A stretch of DNA of 62,944 nucleotides, counting the filler, from Octopus bimaculoides (lineage: Eukaryota), in assembly GCF_001194135.2 (NCBI RefSeq). It is 6 parts of 4 records of this genome, joined end to end, with 100 filler letters (N's around TTAATTAATTAA, not from the genome) between each part and the next. Parts side by side here need not be neighbours in the genome. Positions count along the whole stretch, not along the records: positions 1 to 5,742 come from NC_068981.1; positions 5,843 to 25,853 come from NC_068982.1; 4 more parts are not named here. One strand, 5' to 3'. The position numbers were made by a program, and so were the translations under genes. The notes under the pieces were generated by a model. That model made no database searches. It saw only the letters and a list, made by a program, of their open reading frames with translations, and was not told the DNA's origin. This document shows, piece after piece, positions 1-11,904 of this stretch (positions are counted from its first letter, which is position 1; each line of letters begins with the position of its first letter).

Positions 1-54
1 ATATTTTTTACATACTTTTTTTTTGGTGGTGGGGTCTAGAAGAAAGAACAGTAC

Positions 55-830
55 CGTTACCTTTGCAGGCCCTCCGGGACCGGTTTGCAGGAAAGACACG
101 AGCAGGGAGAAGGTTACAGAGAGCCGATGTTTCTCGGGAGGAAAGACTGGGAATATGGTTAGTACGAGGCCGAGGGGTTTTTCACGCATCAAGTGTAAAT
201 AAGGGGTGAAAAGACGATGGAAGGCGGCGAGCTGGCCGAATCGTTAGCACGCCTGGCAAAATGCTTAGCGGTATTTCGTCAGTCCTTACGTTCTGAGTTC
301 AAATTCCGCCGAGGTCGACTTTGCTTTTCATCCTTTCGGAGTCGATGAAAAAAAGTACCAGCCGAGTACTGGGGTCAATATAATCGACTATCCTCTTCCT
401 CTAATTTCCGGTCTTGTGCCTATAGTAGAAAGGATTATTGTAGCGCTAGAAAAGGAAAGAAGGGAGACAGCAGGCTTGTGCACCAGAGGCTGGAGCGTGT
501 CTGTTTGTGATTGAATTCTAGTTTGTCGAATGGCTTTTCTTAGGATGAGACCCGGGATATTTGTGTGCGTAGCAGCAACATCGGTCCAGATATGGGAGTA
601 GTACTCTATTATGGGCTTTACTTGAGTTTTGTAGAATGCCACAAGCAGTCGGAAACTGAAAGATCTTCTGATTCTGAAGAGAACGATCAATGTTTGAGAT
701 ACAAACCCAGCTATGCTCTAAGGCTATGCTTTCTCCACAGGAGATCATCAGTAATAGTAACCTGCAGCATTAGAGCTACTGCTAGTGTTCTAGCTGAGAG
801 CCGCTTATGTGCAGTGCGGATGTGGTACAG
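55..830 (-). mobile_element. Degenerate CR1/Jockey-group LINE, 3' part of ORF2, split by a SINE
   Basis: ORF 388-690 (LLVAFYKTQVKPIIEYYSHIW...RKAIR...LQPLVH) and the 60-200 remnant (PRTNH...ETSALCNLLPARVFP) match post-RT motifs of CR1/Jockey elements (LYKAQVRPxxEYCSHIW; SFxPRTxxLWNxLP). Confidence 0.7.
223..436 (+). mobile_element. tRNA-derived SINE, Nin-domain-like family
   Basis: A-box-like GGCGAGCTGGCCGAA, B-box-like GTTCAAATTCC, core CCGCCGAGGTCGACTTTGCTTTTCATCCTTTCGG, tail CCTATAGTAGAAAGGATT. Many copies in this window. Confidence 0.8.
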
Positions 831-880
831 TGGTGTGTGTTTGTTTTTATATGTGTAATGCTCGAGTTTTTAGTTTATTA

Positions 881-1981
881 TATTGGGTTGACAACTAAGT
901 TACTGCCATTTTTTAAAATTTTAATTTTTTAAACGGTTTAATAAAAAATAACTAATTAATAATGTATTCACCCTTGTTGTTTACAACTTCTTCCCAACTT
1001 TCAACAAGATTTTCAATACCTCGTTTGTAGAAATCACCCGATTTCGACTCGAAAAATTGATCCAACCAAGCTCTCAACTCTGCATCAGTATTGAACGAAA
1101 TTCCACGAGATCGAAAGAACTGGAAATCCGTTGGTGCCAAATCAGGAGAGTACGGCGGGTGTGGCAGCACTTCCTAGCCATGCGTTTGAATGGCTTCCTT
1201 GGTCATATTGGCGATATGAGGGCGGGCGTTGTCGTGCAGCAGAACTCCATGCTGCCGATTAGGTCTTTTCTCTTGAATAGCAGTGTTGAGTCGTTCCATC
1301 TGTTGGACATAGAGTTTCGTGTTGACCGTTTGTTTCCGTTCAAGCAATTCGTAATCGATAATTCCTTCCCAGTCCCACCATACGCACAACATCGGTTTTG
1401 AGCGGATGAAGATCTTGTTTCACGCGCGTTGTCGCTTGTTTACCGGGGTTAAGCCATTCCTTACGCTGCTTCATGTTGATGTGCAGGCACCATTTTTCGT
1501 CGCCAGTAACGATTCGGTAAATAAATCGTTGCTTGTGTCCATGAGTTGAGCAGTGACGAGCAAGCAAACCAGTGGCGATTGTGGCTCATTGATTTTTTGC
1601 TCTTGTCACTTTAAGTTTGCGGCACCCATGCTCCATACTTCTGAACCTTTCCCATCGAGTGAAGATGCTTCTCTATAGCAGTGTGGGAGCATTCCATTTT
1701 ATCTGCCAGTTCCCTTGTTGCTTGACGAGAATTTTCATGCAAAAGTTGGTTTAATCGCTCTTCATCGAACTCAACTGGACGGCCAGAATGAGGTGCGTCT
1801 TTGAGGTCAAAATTTCCATTTTTGAACTTAGCATACCAATCACGAGCGGTTCTTTCAGCTATGGCACCCTCTCCATACACAGCATAAATATCACGAGCAG
1901 CTTTTCAGCCTTAGAGCCTTGATTAAAAGCAAAAAGAAGGAGGTGTCGAAAATGCTCGTTTTTCTTACCTTGACATTCCAT
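881..1981 (-). pseudogene. mariner (D,D34D) transposon, disrupted transposase, 3' TIR present
   Basis: ATG at 1981 (MECQGKKNEHFRHLLLF). ORF pieces 1611-1880 (HTH, GAWVP), 1340-1567 (IVTGDEKW), 1174-1392 (LLHDNARPH), 952-1170 (YSPDLAPTD). 34 residues between 2nd and 3rd Asp. Frameshifts and an in-frame TAG. TIR-like TATTGGGTTGACAACTAAGT at 881-900. Confidence 0.92.
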
Positions 1982-2029
1982 TTTAATGATCTGAAAATAA
2001 ACAAAAATTAACTAAAATTAACAAGAAAA

Positions 2030-2495
2030 AACAAAAACAAAATAGATTCTAAATTGATTCAAAAATAGAATTCTCGAAAAAAATAGATTCCAAAATTTAT
2101 CAAACAATACTAAAATGGGACAAAAACGCAAAACATCCAGACAGTTAGGTGATACAAAAAAGAACAACAGAACATCCAGACACACTATACAAAGAAAACA
2201 AGGACGGGTCATTCGGAGTTTTCTTTCATCAGTCGAATTCCAGATTATCTTTGCAATTTCGGCTGGTTATACTCGAGATTGCTCCAATCTGGCCAGCCCC
2301 AAGGAAAAACTAAGCCAAGAGCACTAGATTCCTTGGAAGAAAGCAGCGAGTGAATACGAAAACAAGGACGAAAAAACCCCCGGAGAAATGGTACACAAAT
2401 ACAAATAACAGGATACTAACAACGGGTGTCTTTCGACTAAGGACGAATTGAATTAAGCTGGCGTGTGTGTAAGTAAAGCCTTACGGCAGGGATAT
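2030..2495 (-). mobile_element. Interspersed repeat, possibly Penelope terminal-repeat derived (copy 1)
   Basis: About 300 bp (2195-2495) is a diverged reverse complement of 5838-6185. It abuts the mariner 5' leader. PLE origin is inferred only from a CTGATGA...GAA...GTC hammerhead-like remnant. Confidence 0.55.
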
Positions 2496-3845
2496 AAGGT
2501 ATGACAGGCACAGGGAGGAATATAAATGTTGCACGGATGGTAGTCGAACCAAGAAAGAAAGATCAGGCTAATATATANNNNNNNNNNNNNNNNNNNNNNN
2601 NNNNNNNNNNNNNNNNNNNNNNNNNNNNNNNNNNNNNNNNNNNNNNNNNNNNNNNNNNNNNNNNNNNNNNNNNNNNNNNNNNNNNNNNNNNNNNNNNNNN
2701 NNNNNNNNNNNNNNNNNNNNNNNNNNNNNNNNNNNNNNNNNNNNNNNNNNNNNNNNNNNNNNNNNNNNNNNNNNNNNNNNNNNNNNNNNNNNNNNNNNNN
2801 NNNNNNNNNNNNNNNNNNNNNNNNNNNNNNNNNNNNNNNNNNNNNNNNNNNNNNNNNNNNNNNNNNNNNNNNNNNNNNNNNNNNNNNNNNNNNNNNNNNN
2901 NNNNNNNNNNNNNNNNNNNNNNNNNNNNNNNNNNNNNNNNNNNNNNNNNNNNNNNNNNNNNNNNNNNNNNNNNNNNNNNNNNNNNNNNNNNNNNNNNNNN
3001 NNNNNNNNNNNNNNNNNNNNNNNNNNNNNNNNNNNNNNNNNNNNNNNNNNNNNNNNNNNNNNNNNNNNNNNNNNNNNNNNNNNNNNNNNNNNNNNNNNNN
3101 NNNNNNNNNNNNNNNNNNNNNNNNNNNNNNNNNNNNNNNNNNNNNNNNNNNNNNNNNNNNNNNNNNNNNNNNNNNNNNNNNNNNNNNNNNNNNNNNNNNN
3201 NNNNNNNNNNNNNNNNNNNNNNNNNNNNNNNNNNNNNNNNNNNNNNNNNNNNNNNNNNNNNNNNNNNNNNNNNNNNNNNNNNNNNNNNNNNNNNNNNNNN
3301 NNNNNNNNNNNNNNNNNNNNNNNNNNNNNNNNNNNNNNNNNNNNNNNNNNNNNNNNNNNNNNNNNNNNNNNNNNNNNNNNNNNNNNNNNNNNNNNNNNNN
3401 NNNNNNNNNNNNNNNNNNNNNNNNNNNNNNNNNNNNNNNNNNNNNNNNNNNNNNNNNNNNNNNNNNNNNNNNNNNNNNNNNNNNNNNNNNNNNNNNNNNN
3501 NNNNNNNNNNNNNNTGGCAAACGTAAACCAAGACAGGAAAAATTTGACAGTGAAAACAACATAAAAAAGCCGTACGGCCAAACGCGAATCTGATGTAGAA
3601 CGCTAGTAGTTCGTCTTGCCTTCAAAGCGGCTGGAGTGAAAAGAAAGTTAACCACAGGTCACACGAGAGCAGAGAGGATGGTGGAGGGAGGAAGTAGAAC
3701 AGGGAGGAAGTAGAACAGGGAGGAAGAGACAGGAGTGTATAGCAGTGAAGTAGAAGTTAGAATAACAGAAAGAAGCAGAGCGGGAGGGGGAGATGGGTAA
3801 GAAGAAAGATACATAGGTAGATAGAGGGATAGAGGAAGACAGATA

Positions 3846-3849
3846 GAAA

Positions 3850-3900
<51 letters not shown>
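3846..3900. repeat. (GATA)n microsatellite
   Basis: Direct reading. Confidence 0.95.
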
Positions 3901-3902
<2 letters not shown>

Positions 3903-4172
3903 GTCACGTCAGAATAATAAAGTACAGTCTTACTTGCAAAAAGGACGTGTGCGTTCAATGATGTAATAATACAACGAATATATATGCATGTATACACACA
4001 TATATGTATATACTTACATCTACATGTGTATATAGATGCATATCAGGGTACTCGGACGTTAGAACAATGAACTACAGACAACGGAACGAACATATAGGAA
4101 AACAGAAAGCCACTTGGAATTATTCATCAGCTGCCTCTATTCTAACTAGACGTTTCGAAGATACATACATGT

Positions 4173-4526
4173 GGAGGCGCGATGGCCCAGTGGCTAGGGC
4201 AGCGGACTCGCGGTCGTAGGATCGCGGTTTCGATTTCCAGACCCGGCGTTGTGAGTGTTTATTGAGCGAAAAACACCTAAAGTTCCATATGGCTCTAGCA
4301 GGGGGTGGTGCCGAACCCTGCTGTACTCTTTTTTCTTGTTTCTGGTGTACCTGTATTTCAAAGAGCCAACCTTGTCACACTCTGTGTCATGCTGAATCTT
4401 CTCGAGAACTACGTTAAAGGTACACGTATCTATGGATTGTTCAGCCACTTGCACGTTAATTTCACGAGCAGGCTGTTCCGTTGATCGGATCAACTGAAAC
4501 TCACGTCGTCGTAACCGACGGAGTGC
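4173..4526 (+). mobile_element. tRNA-derived SINE, family with long 3' tail
   Basis: Head GGAGGCGCGATGGCCCAGTGGCTAGGG (A box) and GGTTTCGATTTCC (B box). The tail GCCAACCTTGTCAC...GATCGGATCAAC...ACCGACGGAG recurs at about 50720-50905. Confidence 0.75.
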
Positions 4527-4959
4527 TACGTTAATACATACATACGTAAATGTCGAACGCTGAAAATGAGTGCTCAACATATATATAACAGACAATTCAA
4601 TGAATAAAGAGAATGATATAGTTACACATTTTTTTTTTTTTTGCAGTCAATTATACTATATGTTTAATTTAAACATTTAAATCTGTCCGACACATGTTTC
4701 AACTGCATGGATACCTAGCAATGTGGTTTCGATTTGAATGCAGTAAATTTTTATTTAACATCCAATGCAGCAGTAAATTGTTTCATTTAATTTCCAGCAC
4801 AACTGAATTTTTTTTTTTTTTTAACCTGCAGTGTGCCAGTAATTTTGACTTCCAGATACATCACGAAGGCACAAAAGTTAAGAACCACTAGTTTAAACTG
4901 TAATTCAAGGAGTATTAAACAGAAAGCAACAATTAAAATACAATCATATATTAGAAGCA

Positions 4960-5170
4960 ACAATGGCGGCGAGCTGGCAGAATTGATAGCGCGCCGGGCA
5001 AAATGCTTAGCGGCATCTCGCTCGTCTTTGCGTTCAAATTCCATCGAGATCGATCTTTGCTCTTCACAATTTCGGCGTCGATAAATTAAGTGCCAATTGA
5101 ACAATGAGATCGATGTAGTCAACTTATCACCTCTCTAAAAGTGCTGGCCTTGTACCAACATTTGAAACCA
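4960..5170 (+). mobile_element. Nin-like SINE with 14-bp TSD
   Basis: ATATATTAGAAGCA at 4946-4959 and 5171-5184 flanks a GGCGGCGAGCTGGCAGAA-headed copy. Confidence 0.85.
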
Positions 5171-5349
5171 ATATATTAGAAGCAGCTTACATTGATGATT
5201 AGTAAACATTTGTGGGAGTTGAAATGTAAATCATATTGTAAATTTTCGCATAGGCTAATCACAAGCTCTTCTTAAGAAAAAGAAAGAATTTCTGTACTCC
5301 ACCCTATAGAAATTGCTATATATATATATATATATCATACCAATCTCTC

Positions 5350-5600
5350 ATGAGGTAGTGAGTTCGATCCCGGACCGGGCTGAATATTGTGTTCTTGAGA
5401 CACTTTACTTCACGTTGCTCCAGTTCACTCAGCTGTAGAAATGAGTTGCAGCGTCACAGGTGCCAAGTTGTATCGGCCTTTGCCTTTCCCTTGTATAACA
5501 TCAGTGGCGTGGAGGGGGGAAGCTGGTATGCATGTGCGAATGCTGGTCTTCCATAAACAACCTTGCCCGGACTTGTGCCTCGGAGGGTAACTTTCTGGGT
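5350..5600 (+). mobile_element. tRNA-derived SINE with Meta/V-like central domain (5'-truncated)
   Basis: B box GTTCGATCCC, then TGTGTTCTTGAG...TTCACGTTGCTCCAG...CAGCTG, shared with 60714-60960. Confidence 0.6.
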
Positions 5601-5742
5601 GGGGGGGAATTTTCAGAAAATTTTTGCGAATTTGTCTTCTACACACGGGAATTCATACGATTGTGCAAAAAAAAAATTTGTATAATTCAAGGGTGATTCA
5701 GTTGTTTCTACCACCTGATACTTTCCTCGTTTCTTTGTCACT

Positions 5743-5842
5743 NNNNNNNNNNNNNNNNNNNNNNNNNNNNNNNNNNNNNNNNNNNNTTAATTAATTAANN
5801 NNNNNNNNNNNNNNNNNNNNNNNNNNNNNNNNNNNNNNNNNN
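5743..5842. other. Assembly gap of unknown size (44 N + TTAATTAATTAA + 44 N)
   Basis: The same 12-mer sits in N runs at 5787, 25898, 46721, 57581 and 61081. Confidence 0.95.
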
Positions 5843-6185
5843 ATATATATATATGTTCCTGCCGTAAGGCTTCACTTTCACACATGCCAGCTTAATTTAA
5901 TTCATCCTTAGTTGAAAGACGCCTGTTGTTAATGTCCTGTTGTTTGTATTTGTAATTGTGTACCATTTCTCAAGGGGTTTTTTTTTCGCCCTTGTTTTTG
6001 TATACATTCACTTGCTTTCTTCCAAAGAATCTAGTGCTCTTAGCTTAGATTTTCTTGAGGCCAGCCAGTTTAGAGCAGTCTCGAGAGTAACCGGCCGCCG
6101 AAACTACAAAGACGATCTGGTACTCGACTGAAGATTGAAAGCTCCGAATGACACGTCCTTATTTTTCCCTGTCCTTTTTTTTTTT
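5838..6185 (+). mobile_element. Interspersed repeat, same family as 2030-2495 (copy 2, inverted)
   Basis: CCTGCCGTAAGGCTT...GCCAGCTTAATT...TCTAGTGCTCTT...CTCCGAATGAC aligns to the reverse complement of 2195-2495. Confidence 0.65.
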
Positions 6186-6396
6186 GTATCATTTACAGTC
6201 CAAATGTTTTTTTGTCGCCTGTTACGTTCTTGCTCCATTTTTTGTTTTGTTTATATATACATATACGTATATAATATATAATTATTATTATGTTTTGTTT
6301 ATATATACATATACGTATATAATATATAATTCTTCGTACATAAAAGTTTCATGCGGTTGACGTAACTTGAGCGTACTTATTGGTGAGTCTGAAATA

Positions 6397-6619
6397 GTCC
6401 TTTCTACTATAGGCACAAGGCCTGAAATTTTGAAGGGAGGTGACTAGTTAATTAAATCGACCCCAGTGCTTGACTGGTACTTATTTTATTGTCTCCGAAT
6501 GGATGAACGGCAAAGTCGGCCTCGGCGGATTTTGAACTCAGAACTTAAAGACGAACATAATCCCACTAAATGTTTTGTCCGGCGTGCTAAGGATTCTGCC
6601 AGCTCGCAGCCACCTTTGA
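6397..6619 (-). mobile_element. Nin-like SINE with 13-bp TSD
   Basis: TGAGTCTGAAATA at 6384-6396 and 6620-6632 flanks a reverse-oriented copy. Confidence 0.85.
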
Positions 6620-6679
6620 TGAGTCTGAAATAATGAAATAGAAAAATTGTTAAGCTTTTTTTTAAAAGTGTTGAGTGAT

Positions 6680-7180
6680 TTTTAACTGATCGTGTTGCGG
6701 GTAAAGTAGTTGGTCAGGTGAATGGTCACGTGATAGGTAATATTGTCGACAAGGTTCCTTCATATTTACTGATAATGGCAAACCGTCTTGGTGGTGGTGC
6801 TGCCATGACGTTCTCCCTTTTTTAACATGTACCAGCAAACAGCTCTGTTTAACAGTTACCAGTTAAAAACACGGTTAGCAGTGTTATTGATATCATCCGT
6901 TCCCTTTTTTTTTACAAGAATTAGCCAGGTGGAATTCTGTTTTTGGAGTTAATCCTTTAATTATTAATGATTTCTGCTCTTTTTGACGCGCAACAGCAGG
7001 TGGTTTTATTATAAGGTTGATTGCATCATTTGACATGTGATACAGTTAGACATTTGACAGCGTGATTAGTCATGTGGATCGTTTGACTGTATGTGATATC
7101 CATTCTTTACGTCAGTCATCCAGAAGTGGGTCTATTTTGAATCCAGTTAGCAAGAACTTTGGTTAATGGAGGCAAGTTGA
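6680..7180 (+). mobile_element. Highly decayed LINE APE-endonuclease remnant (tentative)
   Basis: Scattered motif echoes only (NRLGGGAA ~ RGGGV; RSGSILNPV ~ GNILDLV) with many stops. Confidence 0.3.
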
Positions 7181-7559
7181 GAAGAGCTCGGATCTTTTTT
7201 TTTTTTTAAGTCTTGGCGTGGTGTAGTGAATAACGTGAAATTTCTGTGTTGGGCAGAAGTTGTACAACTTGGATTCGTTTCTGTACGCCGACACTGCACA
7301 TCATCACCTATGTGGTGTTTGTGTGCTTATTCTTGAAACCTGTGATTTCCAAATGTGTTTGGAAGTAAACTTTTCAATGTGCCCGCAGCGATGTCAGTTT
7401 TTATGCTGATTCAGACAGTTTTTAATGCGTTTTCTGTTAGGCCCTTTTCAGCAAATTGATATGTTTGAGAATCCGTATAATATATCGGTAATATATACTA
7501 AATTGCTATCTAGGGTATATCTGTGTATACACACACATATATCATCTTGAAATCTATTT

Positions 7560-9480
7560 ATATCATTTCATGCTTCCTTCGGTTTTCTTCTTCCACAAGT
7601 CCCTTAATTTTCTTGATAAAAAGCCGTTACTCAACTCGTCTTCCAGCCGCCACATATGACCGTATTTGTGCAGTCTCCTCTCTGGCTTACTACATCTCAT
7701 TCCAGCTAAACCCACTTTTTCTCTCATTTGTGCTCCGTCATTCATGCACACAAAAATGACGCTTCTAGTGAAGTTTGCTTCCCACGCTATTTTCTTTCTT
7801 TCTTTTTTATTTACTTCTTGTCTTCACGCGCCGTTTGCATTCAGTGACCATGTTTCGCTATCTTGCAATATGACACGTCGTACACAAATATCATACAATC
7901 GACCCGGAAAGAGAAATTCTTTGTAACCAGCAAAAGTAATAACTTCCTGAAGTTTTCCGCCCTGTTCTTTATCTACCTTCTCGGAACACTCACTACCACT
8001 GCTAATTTGGTCATCTTGGTGAAAGAAGTTATCAACTACTTCTACGGTACTTTTCAAACATTTGAAAGAATTCTTTCCTCACCAGTCCTTTTACTGCTAG
8101 CTACTCTTTATTGCTTGCATTTACATGGATTGTGACAAATGAACATCTTAAGCAACACTTAACATACAAAATCTCTCTATTCAGTCAGCCTTAACACATC
8201 ACGTGTCATGTGCGTCCATTGTTTACATTGATTATACCGCACAGGATTCCTACCTTCTCCTTTTATGCGTATTGAGGAAGGCCACTTCTCCAATTGCATC
8301 ATGGTCATGGTCTTTGTTCCTGTTAAAAGTTTTGTATTTGCTAGGTTTACTTCGACGCCTCTCGAGTCTTGCTCATAGATCTTCATCTTTTTTTTTTTAT
8401 ATATATTAACAGTTTGTTTTCCTTCCACGCTTGCATTTTCCTTCCTAAATCTTCGACAAATTCAGCTACATATGAGAGCTAAATCATCGGTACACAGAAG
8501 TGCAGACGAACAGCTATTTTTAAACTTTTCTTTTAGTGCCTGGAGAACTATAATAAACAGAAGGGGGCAAGAGACAATGCCTGATGGATACGTAACTGCA
8601 CGCTAAGTTCGTCACTGAACTCGTTAATGAGTTTCACCTTTCTGACGGCACCTTTGTACAAGGCTTGCACTGTTCTTACACACCATTCATCTTCACTTAG
8701 TTTTATAGACGGCCACCAGACTATACAGCAAAGCAATCAAAGTTTTCTCTGGGTCAGTTGCAGCCTTACTAGGAAAAGGACATCGGTGATACACCATCTT
8801 GGCACAAGCTAATACTGCAACTCATCAAAGTTTATTCTCTTTCTAAATAGTTGTGCTGTATCTGCATGAATTGTGACAAATGAACATCTTAAGCAACACT
8901 ATGGCAGCTATTCCATAACAAGTTCGCTGTCATTTGTCATCAACGAGATTTACCTCACAGAAATGGTCGTTTTGTTTATCCAACAGTTCTGATAACGGTG
9001 CATATGCAGATATGATAGTCCCATTGTCTGTATTGTTTAACGCTAATCAAAGCTTAATTATTGTCACATACTCAAACCAATTTTCTTGCATTAATTATTC
9101 TCTATCAGCAATGTCTACACTTTGTGCTGATACCCCTTCCCCAAAGAATTTGTTCCTGTGTTCCTTTCCTCTAAAGATTCATCATGCCTTTTATACACAG
9201 AACACATCTACTTACCTCCACAAGTAGGTGTGTTGTATCAATTCTACTTGCAAAACACTTCTACTTGCCTCCACTCTAATATCTCTATAATCTTTCCAGA
9301 GTAACATTTCATTTTGCCACCATTAATGGTGGCAACCCTGAAGTTTTATACAGGAGAGGAAGTGGTAAGTTTCTAGTAGTGAGAAGGTTGTTTGATATGC
9401 ATTTCCTGCATCTGAGATCGATGGATGCACACAAAAGGCCAAGTGTTCCTAACTTATCCCGTTCCTACGACCATACACAG
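7560..9480 (-). mobile_element. Degenerate RTE-clade LINE, RT to C-terminus
   Basis: Pieces VEVVDNFFHQDDQISSGSEC...GRLYDICVRRVILQDSETW, RRLHKYGHMWRLED, VQLRIHQALSLAP (~VGVHQGSVLSP) and KWPSSIRIKGEGRNPVRYNQCKQWTH (decayed Cys/His finger in RT) match RTE ORF2 motifs. Confidence 0.85.
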
Positions 9481-10185
9481 TACTAACAACCTTTTTTTTT
9501 AATATGCTGTATTAAAAACATGACTTTTCAAGTTTTATCTTTCTATCAAGATTTTGTTATAACATTATTGAGGCATGCTTGATAAGGTTCTTTTGTTTGT
9601 CTTTTTAGTGACGGTGAAGTTTCCTTCTCTCTGTTGCTTGTGTTGAGGCCTATGTAATGCGGTATACATGATATTACACTTCTGTCTCTTGATGTCTGCA
9701 AGTATTAACATTAAGGCAGAACTGATAGTCTTTGCCTCTTGTTTCCTCTGTTTTATAACTTTATGAATTTAGGAAGAACGTTACTGCTCCTTTAAAATCC
9801 ATCCTGAGTATGGCTTTGCTAACTTTTTAACTAACTGACTAAATGATATTTAAAGAGCTAAAGTAGTATTTGAATGGAATGACAATGAAGATGTTCAATG
9901 AAAATTCAACATCATCATCCTTTTAACGTCCATTTTACCATGCTCGCAAGGTAATATTTCCCCATAACCATACATGTTCGCACTTGTATAACAGTGACAA
10001 TCATTTTACAACTAACATGCAATACCAAGAGACAAGGAGAAACCAACATAAAACACATACACACACACACAAACCAGTAAGCACATTAATAAAACACAAG
10101 ATGGAAAAGTAGTACTCAAATACGAAAGGTAGAGTAATTTGCGTTTTATTAAAATCGAAAAAAATTTTTTCGATTTTAATTATAT

Positions 10186-10250
<65 letters not shown>

Positions 10251-10344
10251 NNNNNNNNNNNNNNNNNNNNNNNNNNNNNNNNNNNNNNNNNNNNNNNNNN
10301 NNNNNNNNNNNNNNNNNNNNNNNNNNNNNNNNNNNNNNNNNNNN

Positions 10345-10392
<48 letters not shown>

Positions 10393-10825
10393 TACATGCA
10401 TATACACACACACACTTCTTTCAGTTTCAGAAAGGTTTTCAGCTTTAATAAAAAGTATATGATATAATGTATGTGTGTATGTAAATTGATAACAGCAGCT
10501 AGGCACAATATAAAAACCATATAGGAAAAATTTAATCTTTACTTTATTGTGGCTGAGAACACCTACATTGCAGTAAATAAGAGTTAAAACTCTTAAAGCT
10601 GTGTGAAGAGCACATTTGTATATACTGGGTGATAACCACCCTATGAGCAAATCTAGAAACATTGGGCCAGTTTCGTCCTTTACTTTGGGACTTATCAGCA
10701 GTGTCACACCATTACTTCGATGTCAGTATATACAAACGTGCTTTAAAAGTTTTAACTCATTTCTTGCAATATAGGTGCTCTCAGCACCCTCAGTCACAAT
10801 TAGTGACGAATATATATATATATCT

Positions 10826-10990
10826 ACACTCTCTGAGTGGTTGGCGTTAGGAAGGGCATCCAGCTGTAGAAACTCTGCCAAATTAGATTGGAGCCTGGTG
10901 TAGCCATCCGGTTGCACCAGTCCTCAGTGAAATCGTCCAACCCATGCTAGCATGGAAAGCGGACGTTAAACGATGATGATGATGATGATA
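10826..10990 (+). mobile_element. RTE-type 3' tail repeat ending in (GAT)n
   Basis: GAGTGGTTGGCGTTAGGAAGGGCATCCAGCTGTAGAAAC...GGACGTTAAACGATGATG. Also at 11290-11660 (+), 19500-19740 (-), 19780-20030 (-) and 25680-25830 (+). Confidence 0.75.
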
Positions 10991-11289
10991 TATATATATA
11001 TATATACATATATATATACATATATATATACATACGTATGTACGTATGCATATATATATGACAGGTTTCTTTCAGTTGCCCAAGATATCACAGAGTGGGA
11101 CTGAACCTGGAACCATGTAGTTGGGAAGCAAACTTCTTTCCACACAGCTATGTCTGAGAAATGTTTAGTACATGATATTTAATAATAATATTTACACTTT
11201 GAGTGTTCATTTAAAATTCCTGATTAAGCTATGCACAAACAAGTATACATTCACAGATATGCATTGAGACATTAACTGTATACGTAAAT

Positions 11290-11660
11290 AGCACCATTTC
11301 AGCATGATCGTTACCAACGTCGCCTTCCTGGCACGTGAAAAGACATTCGAGCGAGTTCGTTGCCAGTACTGCTGGACTGGATTCTGTGCAGGTGGCACGT
11401 AAAATACACCAGTTCGAGCGTGGCCGTTGCCAGTACCGCCTGACTGGCCTTCGTGCCTGTGGCACGTAAAAGCACCCACTACACTCTCGGAGTGGTTGGC
11501 GTTAGGAAGGGCATCCAGCTGTAGAAACCACGTCAAAACAGACAACTGGAGCCTGGGCAGCTCTCTCGCTGGCCAGCTTCCTGTCAAATCATCCAATCCA
11601 TGCAACCATGGAAAACGGACGTTAAAATGATGACGATGATGATGATGATGATGATGATGA
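11290..11660 (+). mobile_element. RTE-type 3' tail repeat, longer copy
   Basis: GGCACGTAAAA repeats, then the same tail as 10826-10990 and (GAT)n. Confidence 0.75.
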
Positions 11661-11904
11661 TGGCCAGTAAAATAAATTCTATGGAAATAAAACAATGAAA
11701 CCAACGAATAAAAAGAATACAGATGTTTATTGTTCTTGTTGTTTCTTCTTTTTTAAATGATTCTGATGAAAAGATCAATGAAGAAAAGAGGAGTGGGGGG
11801 ATGTGCATTTCATCACCAGAGGAAAAAAGGGGTCTGTCTTGTGATATGATAAATGAAGAGGGTTCTAGTAATGGTGGGCTCTTCTATAACAATAATAATT
11901 GTTT

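Noticed and set aside
2453-3655. Long ORFs of 200-400 aa (also near 22352, 52868 and 59102)
   Set aside because: They consist of X residues from N gaps.
4124-4157. TCATCAG and GACGTTTCG as a permuted hammerhead on the minus strand
   Set aside because: Stems I and II cannot be formed from the flanking sequence.
4173-4250. tRNA-like sequences with A and B boxes
   Set aside because: They continue into SINE cores and tails and lack a full cloverleaf, so they are SINE heads.
5787-5798. TTAATTAATTAA repeated five times across the window
   Set aside because: It always sits in the centre of 44 N + 44 N gaps and has stops in all frames, so it is an assembly linker.
10001-10707. ORFs rich in YI, HT, CV, poly-Ile, poly-Asn or poly-His throughout the window
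   Set aside because: They are translations of (TA)n, (CA)n, (AAT)n and (CAT)n microsatellites.
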